Shown: positions 51,017 to 61,852, numbered from the stretch's first letter. The stretch: DNA of 64,000 bases from Gammaproteobacteria bacterium (GCA_965238175.1 CBDEGZ010000003.1:1408001-1472000); one strand, 5' to 3'. Program-made: numbers and translations. Notes: generated by a model not told the origin, from the sequence alone.

Positions 51017-51568
51017 ATGAACTTTGTTGAAACAAGTATACCCGATGCGTGGGAAATCGAAAGCACCGCATTTCAGGATAATCGAGGAGCATTTTCAAGA
51101 TTGTTTTGTTCTTCAGAATCACAAGAAATTATTGGTTCAAGATCAATTGCCCAAATTAATCATTCGATGACACAGAATGTTGGTGCTGTCAGAGGATTGC
51201 ATTATCAAAATGCACCTCATGCAGAGATGAAGATAGTCCGTTGTCTCAAAGGTCGAGTTTTTGATGTGGTGGTAGATCTACGAAATAACTCACCAACATT
51301 TTTACAGTGGTACGGCGTCGAATTGTCACCCCAGAATCGTAGAGCCTTTGTTATACCAGAGGGTTGCGCTCATGGATTCCAAGTTTTAGAAGAAGAGAGC
51401 GAATTACTGTATTTACATACAGAATTTTATACGCCAAGTGCTGAAGGTGCGGTTCGATTTGATGAGCCAAGAATTAGTGTGGATTGGCCGTTATCTCCAA
51501 CAGACCTTTCAACAAGAGATCTAAGCCATTCATACTTAACTGATAAATTTGAAGGGATAATTTTATGA
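51017..51568 (+). CDS. rfbC: NDP-4-keto-6-deoxyhexose 3,5-epimerase (RmlC family)
   Basis: DNRGAF, RGLHYQ, DVVVDLR, GCAHGF. Confidence 0.88.
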   Translation: MNFVETSIPDAWEIESTAFQDNRGAFSRLFCSSESQEIIGSRSIAQINHSMTQNVGAVRGLHYQNAPHAEMKIVRCLKGRVFDVVVDLRNNSPTFLQWYGVELSPQNRRAFVIPEGCAHGFQVLEEESELLYLHTEFYTPSAEGAVRFDEPRISVDWPLSPTDLSTRDLSHSYLTDKFEGIIL

Positions 51569-52791
51569 GATGTCGTCATTGTCAAACTGAGTTAGAGCAT
51601 GTTTTTCTTGATTTGGGTTATGCTTCCCCTTCAAATGCATATTTGACGAAGGATCAGTTGAATGCACCCGAGATCACTTTTCCTTTGAAGCTTTACGTTT
51701 GTGAACAGTGTTGGCTAGTGCAGACTGAAGATTATTCCGAAGCAGATGAATTGTTTTCTCAGGACTACGCGTACTTCTCTTCGATTTCTCAAGGTTGGTT
51801 ACGTCATGCAGCGAGTTATACAGAAGAAATAACTCAACGCTTGAATTTAACAAAAGAAAGTTTTGTTATTGAGGTGGCTTCAAACGATGGCTATTTATTA
51901 AAGAATTTTGTGGATGCTGGGATTCCCTGTCTAGGAGTAGAACCTACAGACAGTACTGCCGAAGCTGCAGAAAAAATTGGTGTGCCAGTATTACGACAGT
52001 TTTTTGGTTCGGAGACAGCCTCATCGTTGATTAAAGAAGGAAAAAATGCAGATCTGATCTGTGGAAATAATGTTTACGCACATGTTCCTGATGTTAATGA
52101 TTTTACAAAAGGTCTTTGTATCGCATTGAAAGAAGGAGGAACTGTTAATCTTGAGTTTCCACACTTGATGCGTCTGATTGAACAAAACCAATTTGATACG
52201 GTTTATCATGAGCACTTCTCCTACCTTTCCCTGATTTCTGTAACCAGTATTTTTTCTCAGGCTAGCTTACGAGTATATGACGTAGAAGAACTTCCCACTC
52301 ACGGTGGGAGTTTACGTATTTTCGGATGTCATGAAAGTGACACAAGACCAACCGAGCACACTGTTCAAAACATGTTGGAACAAGAGAAGGAGTTTGGTTT
52401 GCAAAATCTTCAGGTCTATAGAAACTTCCAGCAAAAAGCGGATAAGGTTAAAAATGATTTTCTGACTTTTCTTCTTGAGCAAAAGCGTACGGGTAAAACC
52501 ATTGCGGCTTATGGCGCAGCAGCGAAGGGTAATACGTTGATGAACTATGCTGGTATAAAGCATGATTTGATCGATTTTGTTTGTGATGCGGCAGCATCAA
52601 AACAGGGCAAGTTTATGCCCGGTAGCCATATTCCTATTTTGATTCCAGAAGATCTCACAAAGTACAAACCTGACTGGGTTTTTATTTTACCCTGGAATAT
52701 TGCGGATGAAGTGATGTTGCAACAAAAACAAGTACTTTCCTGGGGTGGGAAATTTGTTATTGCAGTACCTGAATTAAAGGTTCTTGCATGA
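51565..52791 (+). CDS. NDP-hexose C-methyltransferase (Zn-binding, class I SAM)
   Basis: CRHC..CEQC, EVASNDG, YHEH, HGGSLR, YGAAAKG, PWN. Confidence 0.9.
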   Translation: MRCRHCQTELEHVFLDLGYASPSNAYLTKDQLNAPEITFPLKLYVCEQCWLVQTEDYSEADELFSQDYAYFSSISQGWLRHAASYTEEITQRLNLTKESFVIEVASNDGYLLKNFVDAGIPCLGVEPTDSTAEAAEKIGVPVLRQFFGSETASSLIKEGKNADLICGNNVYAHVPDVNDFTKGLCIALKEGGTVNLEFPHLMRLIEQNQFDTVYHEHFSYLSLISVTSIFSQASLRVYDVEELPTHGGSLRIFGCHESDTRPTEHTVQNMLEQEKEFGLQNLQVYRNFQQKADKVKNDFLTFLLEQKRTGKTIAAYGAAAKGNTLMNYAGIKHDLIDFVCDAAASKQGKFMPGSHIPILIPEDLTKYKPDWVFILPWNIADEVMLQQKQVLSWGGKFVIAVPELKVLA

Positions 52792-53651
52792 AAGTAATTG
52801 TTACGGGTGCTACGGGTTTTGTGGGGCAACACGTAGTTAATCAACTAATTGCTAGCGGACATACTGTTGTCGCTGTTGCTCGTGATATTAAACGTGCAAC
52901 CAAAATGCCTTGGTTTGAGAATGTTGATTTTATTCAATGTGATTTATATGAAGATTTTCAACCTGTTTTGCAGAATAACTTTTCTCCCGATGTGCTCGTA
53001 CATTTAGCGTGGTCAGGTCTTCCAAATTACCTGGATTTTTTTCATATCAGTACTAATTTAATGGGTGATCTGGCTTTTTTAGAAGCTGTTGTTGATTCAG
53101 GGATTTCCCAACTGCTGGTTGCTGGTACTTGTCTTGAATATGGAATGCAACACGGGCCATTGAATGAGGAAATGGAAACCAGGCCGACGACATCGTACGG
53201 TTTTGCTAAAGATGTTTTACGCAAATCGCTTCAAGTGTTGCAGAAGGAAAAGCCATTTATATTACAGTGGATGCGATTGTTTTATATGTACGGAGAAGGA
53301 CAAAATAAGAATAGTCTATTGGCTCAGCTAGATCGTGCCATTGATGAAAAAACCCCCGTTTTCAATATGTCCAAGGGTGATCAATTACGAGATTATTTGT
53401 CCATTCAAGACGTAGCAAGAAACTTTGTTCTTGTCATTGAGAACAGCCAGTGTGATGGTATGATAAATTGTTGCAGTGGGGCTCCTGTTTCAGTTATTGA
53501 TTTGGTCAAAAAACGTTGTCGCTATAAAAATAGTAATATTCAATTGAATAGAGGTTTTTACCCTTACCCAAACTACGAGACACTAGCTTTCTGGGGAGAA
53601 TCATCAAAACTGATGGATTTAAAATCCTCATTAGGTATGGATCAAAATTGA
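52788..53651 (+). CDS. NAD-dependent epimerase/4-ketoreductase (SDR)
   Basis: TGATGFVG, HLAW, YGFAK. Confidence 0.88.
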   Translation: MKVIVTGATGFVGQHVVNQLIASGHTVVAVARDIKRATKMPWFENVDFIQCDLYEDFQPVLQNNFSPDVLVHLAWSGLPNYLDFFHISTNLMGDLAFLEAVVDSGISQLLVAGTCLEYGMQHGPLNEEMETRPTTSYGFAKDVLRKSLQVLQKEKPFILQWMRLFYMYGEGQNKNSLLAQLDRAIDEKTPVFNMSKGDQLRDYLSIQDVARNFVLVIENSQCDGMINCCSGAPVSVIDLVKKRCRYKNSNIQLNRGFYPYPNYETLAFWGESSKLMDLKSSLGMDQN

Positions 53652-53696
53652 GTTGGTTTTGTTAGGCAGTTTATATTTAACGAAAGGTAAAGATCG

Positions 53697-54409
53697 ATGA
53701 TGGATGTGAGCATTATAACTGGACCTCATAAGAGTGATTGGGGAATTAGTTTGTATGAAGGTAAGGCAAGCAGAACTTTCCATGATCCGCAGCCGAGCAT
53801 TACATCTGAAATTGTTGATTGGATTGAATATCACGCGATCAAAAGAAAGATCATTGCTAGTCACATTCGTCTGGCAAACTGTGGCAAGGTTAGTCTGGAA
53901 AATACACATCCATTTACTCACGAGCCTTGAGATTGTAGTTGGGTATTTGCTCATAATAGCCAACTCAATAATATCAAGAAAAAGAAATTATATTTTCACC
54001 ATCTCGTTGGTATAACAGATAGCGAATACGCGTTCTGTTATATGATGGATTGACTTCGTTGCCGTTTTCCAAAAAGATCTGCAAAACAAAAAAATCTCTG
54101 GAATTATATTCAACGATTCTCTCGAGAATTAAACATGTTTGGGGTGCCTAGTTTCCTGCTTAGTGACTCGTGATACCTCTTTGCTTATTGCAGCAAACTA
54201 ATGGTTTGGGTAACCAGAGAGTGTCCTTTTTTAGAAACCAAATTGATCGACACTGGAGAAGATTTAGATCTTCGAGAAAAATTCTCGGTGGAAGAATAAG
54301 ATCTGCGTGATAGCATCACAGCCTCTAACTGAAAATGAGAATTGGAATTTAATGGAAAAAGGTGATTTGTTGTGTTTGAAAATGGCCAGACAATTCCACT
54401 TTGGGCTTA
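53697..54409 (+). pseudogene. Class II glutamine amidotransferase (YafJ-like) pseudogene
   Basis: GPH..WGI, SHIRLA, ENTHPF, FAHN, TDSEYAFC, IASQPLT; in-frame stops at 53928, 54051, 54171, 54297 plus a frameshift. Confidence 0.85.
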
Positions 54410-54603
54410 ATATATTCATCGCTCATTTATGAAAAATATAATAATATCAATCCCATAATAGATTGAATTAGTCATCGTGCTAATTTATGATAATCCTTCG
54501 ATATAACAGAAATTAACAAAATTAATCCGAAAGAGTTAAACCGAAAAAATAAAAGAATAATAATTGCTTATCACACGCGAGCAAATAAAAGAGGAGAGGA
54601 ACG

Positions 54604-55776
54604 ATGAGTACCACAACCCTTCAATATCTTGATAAAGCCATGAATCAATTACGTGATCTGGGCTTGATGCCAGAGACGGTAGAAGAAGCACCGATTCTAT
54701 CTCTGCTTGAGCGTATTTCTGATATTGATGAAGAGAAATCGTTAGCCATTGCTCGAACCTTATCACAAGCTTCTGTTTTTAATGACATCGTGCGTGAGCA
54801 AGTTAGTCTGATGAACTTAGGCGAACGTTACGAGGAAATCACTGTTGCATTTAATAGCATTCGTGAAGATGCTAAAAGCATGGTCGAGCAGATCGAAGAT
54901 GGCAAGATTGATACGTTTGAGCGGGTTAGCAATGTTTGGATGAAAGTGACGCGTGGCGATGTTGCAAGTCGTTTCGATAAAATAAAGGCAACGTACTTGG
55001 AAGTGGCGAGCGATTCGAGTGATCAAATTGATCGGGAACGAGTCATCTTAAACGCCTATCAAGATTTTCGTGGTGCAATGAAAGAGTCTGAAATTTATGC
55101 GTTAGATATTTTGCAAAAAGCAGAAGGGTTCTGGAATGAAGCGCAAGGGAAGCTAAAGCAGGCGGCGGAAACGGTGACAACTTTTACCGGAGATGATCTC
55201 TCTGCACGAGCGCAACTAGAATTAGCACGTGATGAAAAAATGCGTGAATTGCAATTTGCAGAAGATCGGTATCAAATTAGTAAAGATCTTTCGGACAATT
55301 TGACCGTCAGCTATAACACTTCAGAAGTGATCATGGCGAGACTGATGCAAACGACCAGTGCCAAAGATCGTGTCTACAAACAAGCGATTACTTTCTTTGG
55401 AACCAATGAAACTGTACTGACGGCACTCACTGCCTCGTTTACAGGACTGTTTGGTTTACATGAAAGTACACAAGCGTTGGAAGCAATGAAAGAGGGGGTT
55501 TCAAAAAGTTTGGAAGATCTTGCTGATATCGGTGGCAAGGTTCAAGAAGCGGCTGTTAGGGCAGGTTATGGTCCAACGATTCGTGCTGATTCAGTGAAAA
55601 AACTGGTCGATTCTGTGGTGAATTTTCAAGAACGCACCACTGAGATTATTACGGAAATGCGCGTGCTTTCAACCAAGAATGCAGAAGAAATTCGTGATGC
55701 CGTCGAAGATGGAAAACAACGTTTAAGTGTTATCATTAATCGAGGTGACTCGTTGCAACTACCACATAAATTCTGA
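54604..55776 (+). CDS. Conserved helical/coiled-coil hypothetical protein
   Basis: 390-aa ORF, strong RBS, all-helical composition. Confidence 0.7.
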   Translation: MSTTTLQYLDKAMNQLRDLGLMPETVEEAPILSLLERISDIDEEKSLAIARTLSQASVFNDIVREQVSLMNLGERYEEITVAFNSIREDAKSMVEQIEDGKIDTFERVSNVWMKVTRGDVASRFDKIKATYLEVASDSSDQIDRERVILNAYQDFRGAMKESEIYALDILQKAEGFWNEAQGKLKQAAETVTTFTGDDLSARAQLELARDEKMRELQFAEDRYQISKDLSDNLTVSYNTSEVIMARLMQTTSAKDRVYKQAITFFGTNETVLTALTASFTGLFGLHESTQALEAMKEGVSKSLEDLADIGGKVQEAAVRAGYGPTIRADSVKKLVDSVVNFQERTTEIITEMRVLSTKNAEEIRDAVEDGKQRLSVIINRGDSLQLPHKF

Positions 55777-55783
55777 TTTTTTT

Positions 55784-56698
55784 ATGGAAGAAACGATAGA
55801 AAATAAGAAGGCACCATTAGAAGATTTAATGGTAGCAATGGATGTTGTTGATACCTTGCGGCATCGTGAGAAGTTGGTCGATCGAGAACTGGATGCAGAC
55901 GCTCGCCGAGAACGTTTGATCGAAAAACTACGTCAGATTTATCAAGCACAAGGCATCGAAGTGACAGATCAAGTTTTAGCTGATGGCGTTGAGGCATTGG
56001 AAGAAGATCGTTTCAAATATGATCCACCTGAAAAGACTCTTGTAACACATCTTGCCAGTATCTATGTCAAGCGTGATAAATGGCTGAACCCTCTTCTTGC
56101 TATTTTAGCCTTACTATTTGTACTGTGGTCGTATAATTATTTCGTCAATGTACGTCCTGAAATCACTGCACAAAATGCGATACCTGATCAACTTAGTCAA
56201 ACTTATGAAGAAGTGATCCAGATCAGTGATGATCAAAATATTTTGTCGCAAGCACATTCAATAAATGATCAAGGTAAGTCTGCGATCAAAAATGAAAATT
56301 TTGCAGAAGCGCGCGCGGCTCAAGAAGAACTTGAAATGATGTTGATCCAACTTAAAAGTACTTATAAGTTGCGAGTTGTTCAAGAGCCTGGTGAACGTTC
56401 AGGTGTCTATCGTATTCCTGATGCCAACACTAATGCGAGGAATTATTATTTGATCATTGAGGCGATAGATTCACGCGGTAATGTACTCTCGCTGCCGATC
56501 ACAAGTGAAGAAGATGGCAAAACGAAAGTTGTTAATAAGTGGGGCATTCGCGTCGATGAATCAATCTATCAAGGTGTCGGTGCAGATAAAAAAGATGATG
56601 GCATTATCCAGAATAGAACAGTTGGTAGAAAAGAACGTGGTCAAATCCATCCTGAATATTCTATTCCCACAAACGGTACAGCTATTACAGATTGGTAA
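55784..56698 (+). CDS. Single-TM hypothetical protein (DUF6384-like)
   Basis: LEDLMVAMDVVDTLRH, LRQIYQAQGIEV, one TM, NYYLIIEA; family name from memory. Confidence 0.65.
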   Translation: MEETIENKKAPLEDLMVAMDVVDTLRHREKLVDRELDADARRERLIEKLRQIYQAQGIEVTDQVLADGVEALEEDRFKYDPPEKTLVTHLASIYVKRDKWLNPLLAILALLFVLWSYNYFVNVRPEITAQNAIPDQLSQTYEEVIQISDDQNILSQAHSINDQGKSAIKNENFAEARAAQEELEMMLIQLKSTYKLRVVQEPGERSGVYRIPDANTNARNYYLIIEAIDSRGNVLSLPITSEEDGKTKVVNKWGIRVDESIYQGVGADKKDDGIIQNRTVGRKERGQIHPEYSIPTNGTAITDW

Positions 56699-56736
56699 CA
56701 TAGAGAATATGAATAATTGAGAATGCAAATAACAGT

Positions 56737-58194
56737 ATGATCAGTGGACATCAAACATTAGGTTATCTTGATCAGGGGCTCAGTTCTGTTCGTAAAGAGA
56801 TAAACCGAATTGATAGTGAGCTTAATCATGTCAGCGAAGCCTTGCATGATAATCATCGTCAGCAAGCAGCAGCAATGAAAGAACTTGCAAAAATTCGTCT
56901 GGATGAAATCACCCAAGGTTCTTTTTTGGGTGAAGTAGATGCGGCAGATCAAAAAGCACTTGCGCTTTTAGAAGATAGAAATCGTGCTTATAAAAAATTA
57001 GAAGCGAAAATTAATAAGACAACTAAAGCGCTTACAAAATGTGAAAAAGATCGAGAAGCTGCATTGAAAACCGTAAATGTAAAAGCGCAGGCGATTATCG
57101 ATTGTGAGCATAAAATTCAGGCGGATCTCGAAAGTAACAAAACGTACCAACAGCAGCTGCAAATAGCTCGAAAAGTAGATGGCATTGCTGAACAAGCTGA
57201 AGAAAAAGCTAAACTTGCTGAAAGAGATCGAGAAGAAAAAGGTCTGCCTTATGAAAGCAGTTCATTGTTTATGTATCTGTGGAAACGTAAATACGGCACA
57301 CCGGATTATCAAGCAAATACACTGACACGTTTTCTTGATCGCTGGGTAGAAGACTTATGCAATTATGATCAATTTCGAGTCAATTATTGGACCCTGTTAG
57401 AAATCCCGAAGAGATTAAGAGCACATGCAGAAGCAGCACGTAACGATTCGGAACAAGCGCTCGAAAAATTAGAATTGATCGAAACAAAAAAAGCTGGGCA
57501 AGCAGGCTTGCCTGAGTTACAAGTGCAACATACTGACGTAATAAAAATTGTTGATGGGATAGATGATGATATAGAACATCAAGAAGATGAGCTTAATCAA
57601 TTGCTCAAGCAGCGCACAGAATACATAGAAGCCAAAGATTCTTTTATGGAAGAAAGTTTAAAAATAGTGAGTACAGCATTAAGTAATAAGAGTGTTTATG
57701 AACTTAATCATGCAGCTAACCAAACGATCAGTAATCAAGATAATTTAATCGTTCGAGAACTAGCAGAACTGGACGAACAGCATATGGATCTTGAGGAACA
57801 ACTTTCTGATCAGCGGCGTATGCACGAAGCAAAACTTCGACGACTACAAGAACTCGAGGGTGTTCGACGACAATTTAAAAATCGCCGTTTTGATGACGTA
57901 AGATCAGGTTTTGGAAACGAAGGTATTATCTCATCCATGCTTGGTCAATTTCTAAATGGTTTGATTGGTAGTGGTGAATTATGGCGTGTACTACAACGAT
58001 TACAACGACATCGTGATGTTGGTGCCTGGCCTGATTTTGGTAGTGGTGGTTTAGGTCTACCCAAACGTCGCCGCAGTCCGTGGCATTTTCCCACCAGTCG
58101 TGGAAATTCAGGTGGTGGTTTTCGTCTGCCCAGATCGGGTGGGTTTAGTTCACGTGGTGGCAGTGGAGGTTTCCGTACTGGTGGTGGCTTCTAA
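56737..58194 (+). CDS. Long coiled-coil protein with Gly/Arg/Phe-rich C-terminal tail
   Basis: Heptad-rich body; LFMYLW; ends GGFRTGGGF. Confidence 0.7.
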   Translation: MISGHQTLGYLDQGLSSVRKEINRIDSELNHVSEALHDNHRQQAAAMKELAKIRLDEITQGSFLGEVDAADQKALALLEDRNRAYKKLEAKINKTTKALTKCEKDREAALKTVNVKAQAIIDCEHKIQADLESNKTYQQQLQIARKVDGIAEQAEEKAKLAERDREEKGLPYESSSLFMYLWKRKYGTPDYQANTLTRFLDRWVEDLCNYDQFRVNYWTLLEIPKRLRAHAEAARNDSEQALEKLELIETKKAGQAGLPELQVQHTDVIKIVDGIDDDIEHQEDELNQLLKQRTEYIEAKDSFMEESLKIVSTALSNKSVYELNHAANQTISNQDNLIVRELAELDEQHMDLEEQLSDQRRMHEAKLRRLQELEGVRRQFKNRRFDDVRSGFGNEGIISSMLGQFLNGLIGSGELWRVLQRLQRHRDVGAWPDFGSGGLGLPKRRRSPWHFPTSRGNSGGGFRLPRSGGFSSRGGSGGFRTGGGF

Positions 58195-58237
58195 ATAACT
58201 TTTAAAAACGTAAAGAACTGATCAAAAACACTTCTGA

Positions 58238-58432
58238 TCAAACATCATTTTCAGCATTTGCATCCACGATAATTTGATCAGAATCAATAATACTGACACT
58301 CAACATAATTGGCCGACAGCACACCTGACAATCCTCAATATATTGCTGCTCTTCAAGACTAGTATCAATAACGATTTCAATAGATTCACCGCAGTAAGGG
58401 CAAGAGAGTTTTTTTAATTCTGAAGTGTACAT
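58238..58432 (-). CDS. CPXCG-motif cysteine-rich small protein
   Basis: CPYCGE...YIEDCQVCCRP. Confidence 0.85.
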   Translation of the reverse strand: MYTSELKKLSCPYCGESIEIVIDTSLEEQQYIEDCQVCCRPIMLSVSIIDSDQIIVDANAENDV

Positions 58433-58556
58433 TCGATTGTTTGATTTATTATAGTTTCTCGATTGTAATCTAATTAACTCAAATGTTTGAATTGTGTCCA
58501 TTATATGATTTTCAGGGGCGTAACCAATTCTTAATAAAGATGGTGAATTAAGTGAA

Positions 58557-58905
58557 ATATAACAAAAGCAAGCGATGCGAGAAGCGCGCCTGCTGCTAAC
58601 GGTACCGTATTTATGGGCAGGGAAAAGACATTTAGTTTCACAAAAGGGTATTCATTTTTTTGAAGGTTTCATTAATTTCACTTTTAGCTGCTGGAGGTAA
58701 ACTTGCTTTTGGTTTGCCCCAACAATGCGTTTGTTCAGACGCGCAGCTTGATTGTTAGGGTTAAAAAATTGACAAAAAGAACGTTGTTTAATCGATCCAT
58801 ATCTGCGAGATTGCATGGCAGAACATCGAAAGCCAAACCTTGCTTGGAATAAAAAGCCCTAACAAGTAACTCTAGGCGTTCCTATAAAGTAGTGCGGTGT
58901 TATGC
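58557..58905 (+). mobile_element. Degenerate attC-like sites (integron cassette remnant without integrase)
   Basis: ATATAAC...GTTAGGG (58557-58760) and CCCTAAC...GTTATGC (58857-58905); GTTAGGG and CCCTAAC are complementary. Confidence 0.45.
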
Positions 58906-59217
58906 GTTATATGTACTCTAGCAAATCGACAATAGTTCTAACTTTAATTTTTATAATTAGTTTACTGTCTGTAATGATAAACGTAGCCGCAGGTGAGAGT
59001 GTCATCATCGTGCTCAATTATATTCCTATTAATCTTTCTAACTGTTTTACAGTGCTAGATAAAGTGCTTAAAAAAGAGGATATTGAAAAAATTCGAAATA
59101 TTTCTGAGGGTGATATGGCGCTTTATCATCGTGGCTTAGAAGCGACTGGGTTTGTGGAGTAGATCTCGATTGGGCCGTGGTTTAACGATAAAGGGATCAG
59201 TTATTCTGGTGATATGT
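58902..59217 (+). pseudogene. Frameshifted exported hypothetical protein (DUF6794-like)
   Basis: YIPINLSNCF..LD...YHRGL, continuing in other frames as GLWSRSRL and WFNDKGISYSGDM. Confidence 0.5.
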
Positions 59218-59223
59218 TTGCTA

Positions 59224-60099
59224 TTATTCTTGGGAGAAAGGTTGATTTTCTAGTTTTGTTAAATTTTCTTCTACAGATGAAATGTCAATCTTTTCATTTT
59301 TATTCTGAATCAAAGATGTAAATGGATATAAATCTGTATCCATCAAATGTGAAGGTTTAACGTTTTGCAGACTGCGGAAAATATTCTCAATTCGTCCTGG
59401 TACTTTAGCCCAATCTGAAAGCATGGATTTAATCGCAACACGTTGTAAATGATCCTGAGAGCCACATAAGTTACAAGGAATGATCGGATAGTTTTTGATC
59501 TTTGAGAAAATTTTAATATCTTCTTCTGAGCAATATGCCATTGGTCGGATAACAATATGCTTTCCATTATCGCTTTTCAGCTTTGGAGGCATGGTTTTAA
59601 GCGTACCGCCATGAAACATATTAAGAAAAACGGTTTCAATTATGTCATCTCGATGATGACCTAAAGCAATCTTGGTAAAACCATGTTTTTCCGCGTAGGT
59701 ATATAAATTACCTCGCCGCAGACGTGAACAAAGGCCGCAGGTGGTTTTGCCTTCTGGGATGACACGTTTAACAATACTGTATGTATCTTCCTCAATGATG
59801 TGATATGGAATATCAATGCTTTCGAGGTATTCTGGCAAGACATGTTCAGGGAAGCCAGGTTGCTTTTGATCTAGATTAACGGCTGTTAGATCAAAATTAA
59901 TTGGGGCATTTTTTTTCAAATTCTGCAGGATCTCCAACATGGTATAGGAGTCTTTGCCGCCAGAGAGACAGACCATGATCTTGTCTCCGTCTTCGATCAT
60001 ATTGTAATCTGCGATAGCATTTCCGACGTTTCTACGTAGCCGTTTGTGTAACTTATTGAGTTCGAGTGTCTGTTTTCTAAAATCTTGTGGTATAACCAT
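59224..60099 (-). CDS. ttcA: tRNA 2-thiocytidine(32) synthetase TtcA
   Basis: [30 protein letters not shown]. Confidence 0.96.
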   Translation of the reverse strand: MVIPQDFRKQTLELNKLHKRLRRNVGNAIADYNMIEDGDKIMVCLSGGKDSYTMLEILQNLKKNAPINFDLTAVNLDQKQPGFPEHVLPEYLESIDIPYHIIEEDTYSIVKRVIPEGKTTCGLCSRLRRGNLYTYAEKHGFTKIALGHHRDDIIETVFLNMFHGGTLKTMPPKLKSDNGKHIVIRPMAYCSEEDIKIFSKIKNYPIIPCNLCGSQDHLQRVAIKSMLSDWAKVPGRIENIFRSLQNVKPSHLMDTDLYPFTSLIQNKNEKIDISSVEENLTKLENQPFSQE

Positions 60100-60278
60100 A
60101 TTCTGAATTAATCCTACAAACCGATGAATTTAGCCGATATTCATTAATACCGAAAGAGAATAATTTAAATTAAATGATATAATGATTTGATTGTTTATAA
60201 CAATTTGTTATTAATAATGAATGTTTGTTAAAGGCAGTTTAACTGGGTTGCAACAGAATTAAGGGTATTTGAGTCATC

Positions 60279-60902
60279 GTGTCACTGGATCTTGAGAAAA
60301 TCAATGAGGAGTTGCGAGATAAGTCACCTGTCGAAATTATAAAATGGTCGATAGAGACAAATCTTAAATTGATCGCTACAACAAAGTTCGGTCCACATTC
60401 CGCAGCTCTTCTGCATCTCCTTACCCAACAAAAACCTGATGCTCCTATTTTATGGGCTGATCATGGCTATAACACCAAACCAACTTACCTTTTCGCAGAA
60501 AAACTGATAGAAAAGTTAAATCTGAATATGAAGATTTACACACCTGAAATGACATCGGTGCGGCGCGATGCGATCATGGGGGGAATTCCTGAACTTGATG
60601 ATGAGCTACATGATGAATTCACACGCCAAGTAAAACTGGAACCCTTTAATAGAGCCTTTGATGAAATCCAACCAGAAATTTGGTTAACAGGGATCCGTAA
60701 GGATCAAACTGATTTTCGTAAGACACTGGATATTGTCACATTAAGCCAGCGTGGGGTTTATAAGGTCGCACCAATTTTTAATTGGACAGAAATAGATTTA
60801 GAAGGTTATTTATACGAAAATGATTTGCCAACGGAAAGAGATTATTATGATCCAACTAAAATCCTTTCACATAGAGAGTGTGGGCTACATTACACTATCT
60901 AA
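60279..60902 (+). CDS. cysH: Phosphoadenosine phosphosulfate reductase family (no Fe-S cysteines)
   Basis: DHGY, KLEP, TGIR, KVAPI, C-terminal ECGLH. Confidence 0.85.
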   Translation: MSLDLEKINEELRDKSPVEIIKWSIETNLKLIATTKFGPHSAALLHLLTQQKPDAPILWADHGYNTKPTYLFAEKLIEKLNLNMKIYTPEMTSVRRDAIMGGIPELDDELHDEFTRQVKLEPFNRAFDEIQPEIWLTGIRKDQTDFRKTLDIVTLSQRGVYKVAPIFNWTEIDLEGYLYENDLPTERDYYDPTKILSHRECGLHYTI

Positions 60903-60959
60903 GTTTTTATGAAGTTTCAGCAATGAAAACTTTGTAGATACAAACAGACACTAGTCTTC

Positions 60960-61817
60960 TTATCTAATTTCACCAATTTGCTGCCCCATCTTTATTGGAG
61001 TCCCTGCACGTTGATTCTCCGCCCATGAAATTTGATCTTTCCCGAACAATAAAACCACGGTTGAGCCCATATTAAACCGACCCATTTCTTCGCCTTTTTT
61101 TAAGGTTAAATCAGAATCATAATTCCAGACTTTTATTTCTTTTTTGTATGGTGGTGTGATCATTTCTTCATGCCAGACGGTTTCCATACTGCCAACGAAA
61201 ATTGCGCCCACCATGATCAAAACGAACGGGCCAGAGTCCGTTTCAAACAAGATGATTGTGCGTTCATTTCTGGCAAATAATTCAGGAACATGTTCAACGG
61301 TACGTTGATTAACGGCAAATAGATCTCCTGGAACATAGATCATTTTTTTTAATTTGCCATCGAGAGGCATATGGATACGATGATAGTCTTTGGGTGATAA
61401 ATAAAGTGTCGAGAAATATCCATTAATAAAATTTTCTGTTAATTGTTGATCATTTGCTAGTAAACTTGAGAGTGAAAATGTTTTCCCTTTCGCTTGGAAA
61501 AGCTGATATTTTTCAATGAGGCCTGCCTGGCTAACTGCTCCATCGACAGGTGAGGCAATACTATTTGAATCTGTCAAAAATGGTCTTGCTGTAGTTTCTA
61601 ATTCGCGTACAAAAAATTCATTAAAATGAATAAAGTTTTGCGGATTTTTTTCAATCGCTATACTCATATCAACGTTATATAAGTTGATGAAATTCTTGAT
61701 TAGAAAATTTTTGATTGGCACAACCTCACAGCGCATTAATTTATGCATCTGCAAAGAAAGCCAATGTTGCGGAATAATACGCTGTAGTAGAACGAAGATT
61801 TGATCAACAATGTTCAT
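60960..61817 (-). CDS. psd: Phosphatidylserine decarboxylase
   Basis: FNEFFVR, SPVDG, YLSPKDYHRIHMP, FNMGST. Confidence 0.95.
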   Translation of the reverse strand: MNIVDQIFVLLQRIIPQHWLSLQMHKLMRCEVVPIKNFLIKNFINLYNVDMSIAIEKNPQNFIHFNEFFVRELETTARPFLTDSNSIASPVDGAVSQAGLIEKYQLFQAKGKTFSLSSLLANDQQLTENFINGYFSTLYLSPKDYHRIHMPLDGKLKKMIYVPGDLFAVNQRTVEHVPELFARNERTIILFETDSGPFVLIMVGAIFVGSMETVWHEEMITPPYKKEIKVWNYDSDLTLKKGEEMGRFNMGSTVVLLFGKDQISWAENQRAGTPIKMGQQIGEIR

Positions 61818-61852
61818 AGGAAAATTTGGGGTTTGTTTAGCTGGTTTTCCAA

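Noticed and set aside
53928-54173. Three in-frame TGA codons as selenocysteine or recoding
   Set aside because: Positions fit Trp/Arg codons mutated to TGA; a TAA and a frameshift also occur; TGA is a normal stop elsewhere in the window
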